Assembly (NCBI RefSeq): GCF_009914755.1
Contig: NC_060925.1
Strand: one strand, 5' to 3'
DNA: 64,000 bases
Source: the human T2T-CHM13v2.0 reference genome, Homo sapiens
The notes below the pieces were generated by a model, which did not search any database, had not been told where the DNA came from, and was given only the letters and a program-made list of their open reading frames with translations. Shown piece after piece: positions 60,536 to 64,000 of the stretch (position 1 is the first letter of the stretch; every line of letters starts with the position of its first letter). A program made the translations under genes and the position numbers.

Positions 60536-61941
60536 CACCCTGTACCTAACACTTTTAGTCCTATCTTTCAGCTTGGAGAATCAAGGTGAGGAAAAGTAAA
60601 AACAGCATATTTTTATTATATTTTACCCCAAACTCCACTTATACTTGGTGTTCCCACACTCGCTTCAAATTGCTCCTTTCCCCCCCCCAACATTAATTAC
60701 TAGAGTCTATTCTTTTATATCTTTTTGATAAACATAGCTGGTATTAGAATAGAAAACACACCATGAGATCACAGTATTAACCATGATATTCTGAAACATT
60801 TTTCAGTCTAAGCATGCAATAAGGCTCTCCAACATCTTAAAAAGATTGATTTTAAAAAAAGCTTAAATATAAGCACTATGTTAACACTTAGCACTTACAG
60901 TTCTAAACAAAGAGTTTGCCAGATAAAATCTGGAGTGTATGTAGAGGGGGTTGATGCTTTTACATTTTATTGAGCTTCTAAATTATAACCCTCATGCTTT
61001 TTCATGTGCTGATTGGTTCTATTACAGTAGAGGTATTAATAGAAAAATACACACCTGAAATTCTATCATTCAGTATGACACCTGTATATGTACAATGATG
61101 CATCTATTCAGAAGAATCTATATGTTAAAAGGAGTTAAAAGAGCCATTATCTTTTGTTCCAGGATGATGCAATTATTTATACCATCTGTATGTGGAAGGA
61201 AGTATGGCTCAAGAAACCAGTTCAGGTCTGTTTCACCTTGAAGCTCAGCACACCTAGACAGAGTCCTTTGCTTAAAGTGCCTGTGGTTCCTTGAGACTGT
61301 GACTCTGAGCATCTTCATTCCTGCATGCATGCTGTGTACTGACTAGATCCACCTCCAAATCTGGATAAAGACACGGCTATGCTTCCAAATGTCCCCTTTC
61401 CCCCCAGATTTGGCTACTAGACATTCCTCACTTAGTTTTTAAAATAAGCATAGCAGATAACAGCACACCAAACAAACCACGAGGTTAGCACTTAACACAG
61501 GTACAATTTGCTCATTTTTCTCGGTTGAAGGCAAATTTATGAATACAATCATTTTCACACACTGAAACCACCTCTACCAGAGAAATGCAAATATTATTGT
61601 GATATCTGGTCCTCGTAGAACTCAGAAAATATCTGGGTAGATGAAAACTCTGAAGTTAGGACACAGCACTTCTCACAGTATCTGCATGTGCTTATTACCA
61701 TATGGCAGAAGTTGTTTCTAAAGCAAATAACAGTTTTCAGAAAGACTGAGTTTACGAATTAATCTGGAGACAGGGAGAGAGAGAGAAAAGACAGTTGTAC
61801 CATTTAAAAGCTAAGGAACGAAATGACCTATTCCTCTTATGTCAAGACTTGAGAACTTCTAGTACGCAATTAGCTTGACCTTCCATAAAGGAAGCCCTGA
61901 AATACAGACTTCCTTTTTGTTTCTAAAATAAAGGTACTTAC

Positions 61942-62040
61942 CAGTGAAAATCCACAAGTCACCACACTTTGCCCAGAATCACATTGGCCGCCCTTCTCCA
62001 TGGAAGCACAGAGTGGGACCTGCCAAGTTTGTGGAGATAC
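61942..62040 (-). other. Candidate 99-nt internal exon (probably UTR or non-coding)
   Basis: Minus strand: long pyrimidine tract (62056-62096)...caagtag|GTATCTCC...TTTTCACTG|gtaagtacc. Confidence 0.45.
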
Positions 62041-64000
62041 CTACTTGGGTTGGTTGGAAATAGGTAAGGGGGGAAGAAGGGGGAGAAAATAAAGACTTTC
62101 CCTTTAAAACTGAACAGAAGCTGATACCAAATCACATGACCTTTTACCGTAATTTCTATTAAAATCATTTCATGTCTGGTTGCCTCTGCTCTCCTGGCTC
62201 ATTTGTATTGTTTACAACAAGTCATTGCACTGGCAGTTAGTGGTGGCTGAATCCATGGTTACCCGTTTTTACATTCACTAGTTAAATGGAATGCAGCTCT
62301 GCTGTGGGTTTCAGGGAGCAAGCTCTTAAGAAACCACAATCCAGCTATCAATCAGACTAATCTGAGAGAAATTAATCTCATAAACATAAGTATTGTTGCA
62401 TATTAAAAATTGATAGAAAGGGGGCATGGGCTTTTATTGGTTGGAGTTAATTGGAGTTATGAAAGTGGACAAGCCGAGATTTGACTTAGAGCCTCAGAGT
62501 GTTCAGTCTGTGGTCTCCATCTGACAGCCATTCACATTGTGCACCTAAAAAGCTTTCAAGGGTAATACGACCACCCTTGAAAACAAATCCACCACTTTCC
62601 AAAATTCTGTGAGCATTTACTGACCTGAATGTTCTTAGAATCTAGGTAGTGGCTAAATACAGGTTTAACCAGACTGCAATCCTAGCGAAGTAACTTAAAC
62701 AGATATATACAAGACAGTAAAACACCAAACAGACAGCACTGGGTAGGATTCAATTAAGACAAAACCTCAGTGGAATGCTCTTTACGAGTAAATTAAAACT
62801 GCAAACTAATATGTTTTGAGAGCAAGAACAGTACAAATTCATTCTTTTGTCCATGAATTTATGTGGTTAATTCTTTAAAAACATTCCCCAAAGCTAACTT
62901 GTTTCTCAAGATGGACATGACCAACAATTACAATTCCTAATAAAAATTTAGAAGTTTTATAGTTTAATGCCCACAGTAATTGTCCCACAAGTCACATCTA
63001 AATGCTAAATGAGAACAGCAAATAGTTAAAGCTAACATATTACAACCCCATCTACTGCAAAGTCACTGTATCAGAAGCTAGAATTGATTTGTTTCCTCAG
63101 AACAAATTGAAAATGAATGTAACATAACGTCGGAAAAATCCCTCCTGCACTGCTAATCGGATATTGTATAATGGTTGATTGCAGCTTTGCCCTGTACTAT
63201 TGCTGCCTAAATCATACATACTTACACGTTCTGGGTTCTTCCAAGAGTTTGGTGCAGTTTCAAGGACAAATGTCTTAAGGAAGCCTCTCTACTGTGCAGC
63301 AGGGAGCCTGGCTCGGATCTGATGACAAGAGCACAGTGCTAAATCTGACAACAGAGAAGGAAACTTCCTGTGTGAAGAGGAGATCTTGGAAAGTCTCAGG
63401 GTTAAAAAGGCTGCTTTAAATGTGCTGGTTGATTTGCTCCCTGGTTGTGTATACACAGTAGCAGCTGATCTGTATTTGCAGCCCTGCAGAAAGGAACCTT
63501 TACTGAAAACCAATGGCATCACATTTCAGCAGAGCTGGTGCCAAGTGCTGGAGAGCAGAGCAACCTTTGACAACTTCACACAATTCACCCCAGCAGACTC
63601 ACCACAGGTCAGAAAGGAATGTGGAAAGTATCTCCCCACCAGGTTTCATCTCAGGTATGTTAGCGCAGTCCCTGGGAAACCACACACTGTTACTGGCTGG
63701 ATTCTGACAACAGTGTAAGGTATTCTCGGGACTTATACGTAGTTCCTGTCTCTGCTGTCCTGACCTACAGTGTACTATATTTTAACAGAAGCTTTAAAAT
63801 GAATCAGGATTTTTTAAAATGCATTTCCCTCTGCTTCTTATAGAAACCTTTGTATGTAAGGTTCCTCTGTTTTTCCTCAGAAATAAACTGAGGACAAAAT
63901 AATGTAAGATCGGGTAGTCTGGTATCAACCTCTGCATTCTGTCTCCCAATGCAGAGGCTGGAGTTTTAACATTACTGTGTTGTCAGGGGCCATTTTAGTA

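Overview
Primate (most likely human) non-coding genomic DNA. It is AT-rich, CpG-depleted and dense in interspersed repeats: Alu/FLAM, L1, L2, MIR, MamSINE1, MaLR/ERVL LTRs including a full-length THE1B with intact TSDs, and hAT/TcMar MER elements. I found no protein-coding exon I can support; the ORF track reflects repeats, microsatellites and chance ORFs. Repeat orientation and several minus-strand splice signals suggest a long intron or 5'UTR intron of a minus-strand gene that I cannot name from sequence alone. I see no convincing novel multi-gene system. The most noteworthy items are: (i) a minus-strand (TG)n + polypyrimidine + TAG|GTGAGT site at 27.5 kb, a candidate recursive splice site or TDP-43-guarded cryptic exon; (ii) a tailless tRNA-Lys(CTT) 5'-half retrocopy inside MER33; (iii) a 137-bp foreign fragment captured inside the THE1B internal region; (iv) two AT-rich patches built from direct and fold-back copies of nearby sequence; (v) a well-formed 99-nt minus-strand exon candidate at 62 kb. 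Repeat subfamily names come from remembered consensus sequences, and boundaries of old repeats are approximate.
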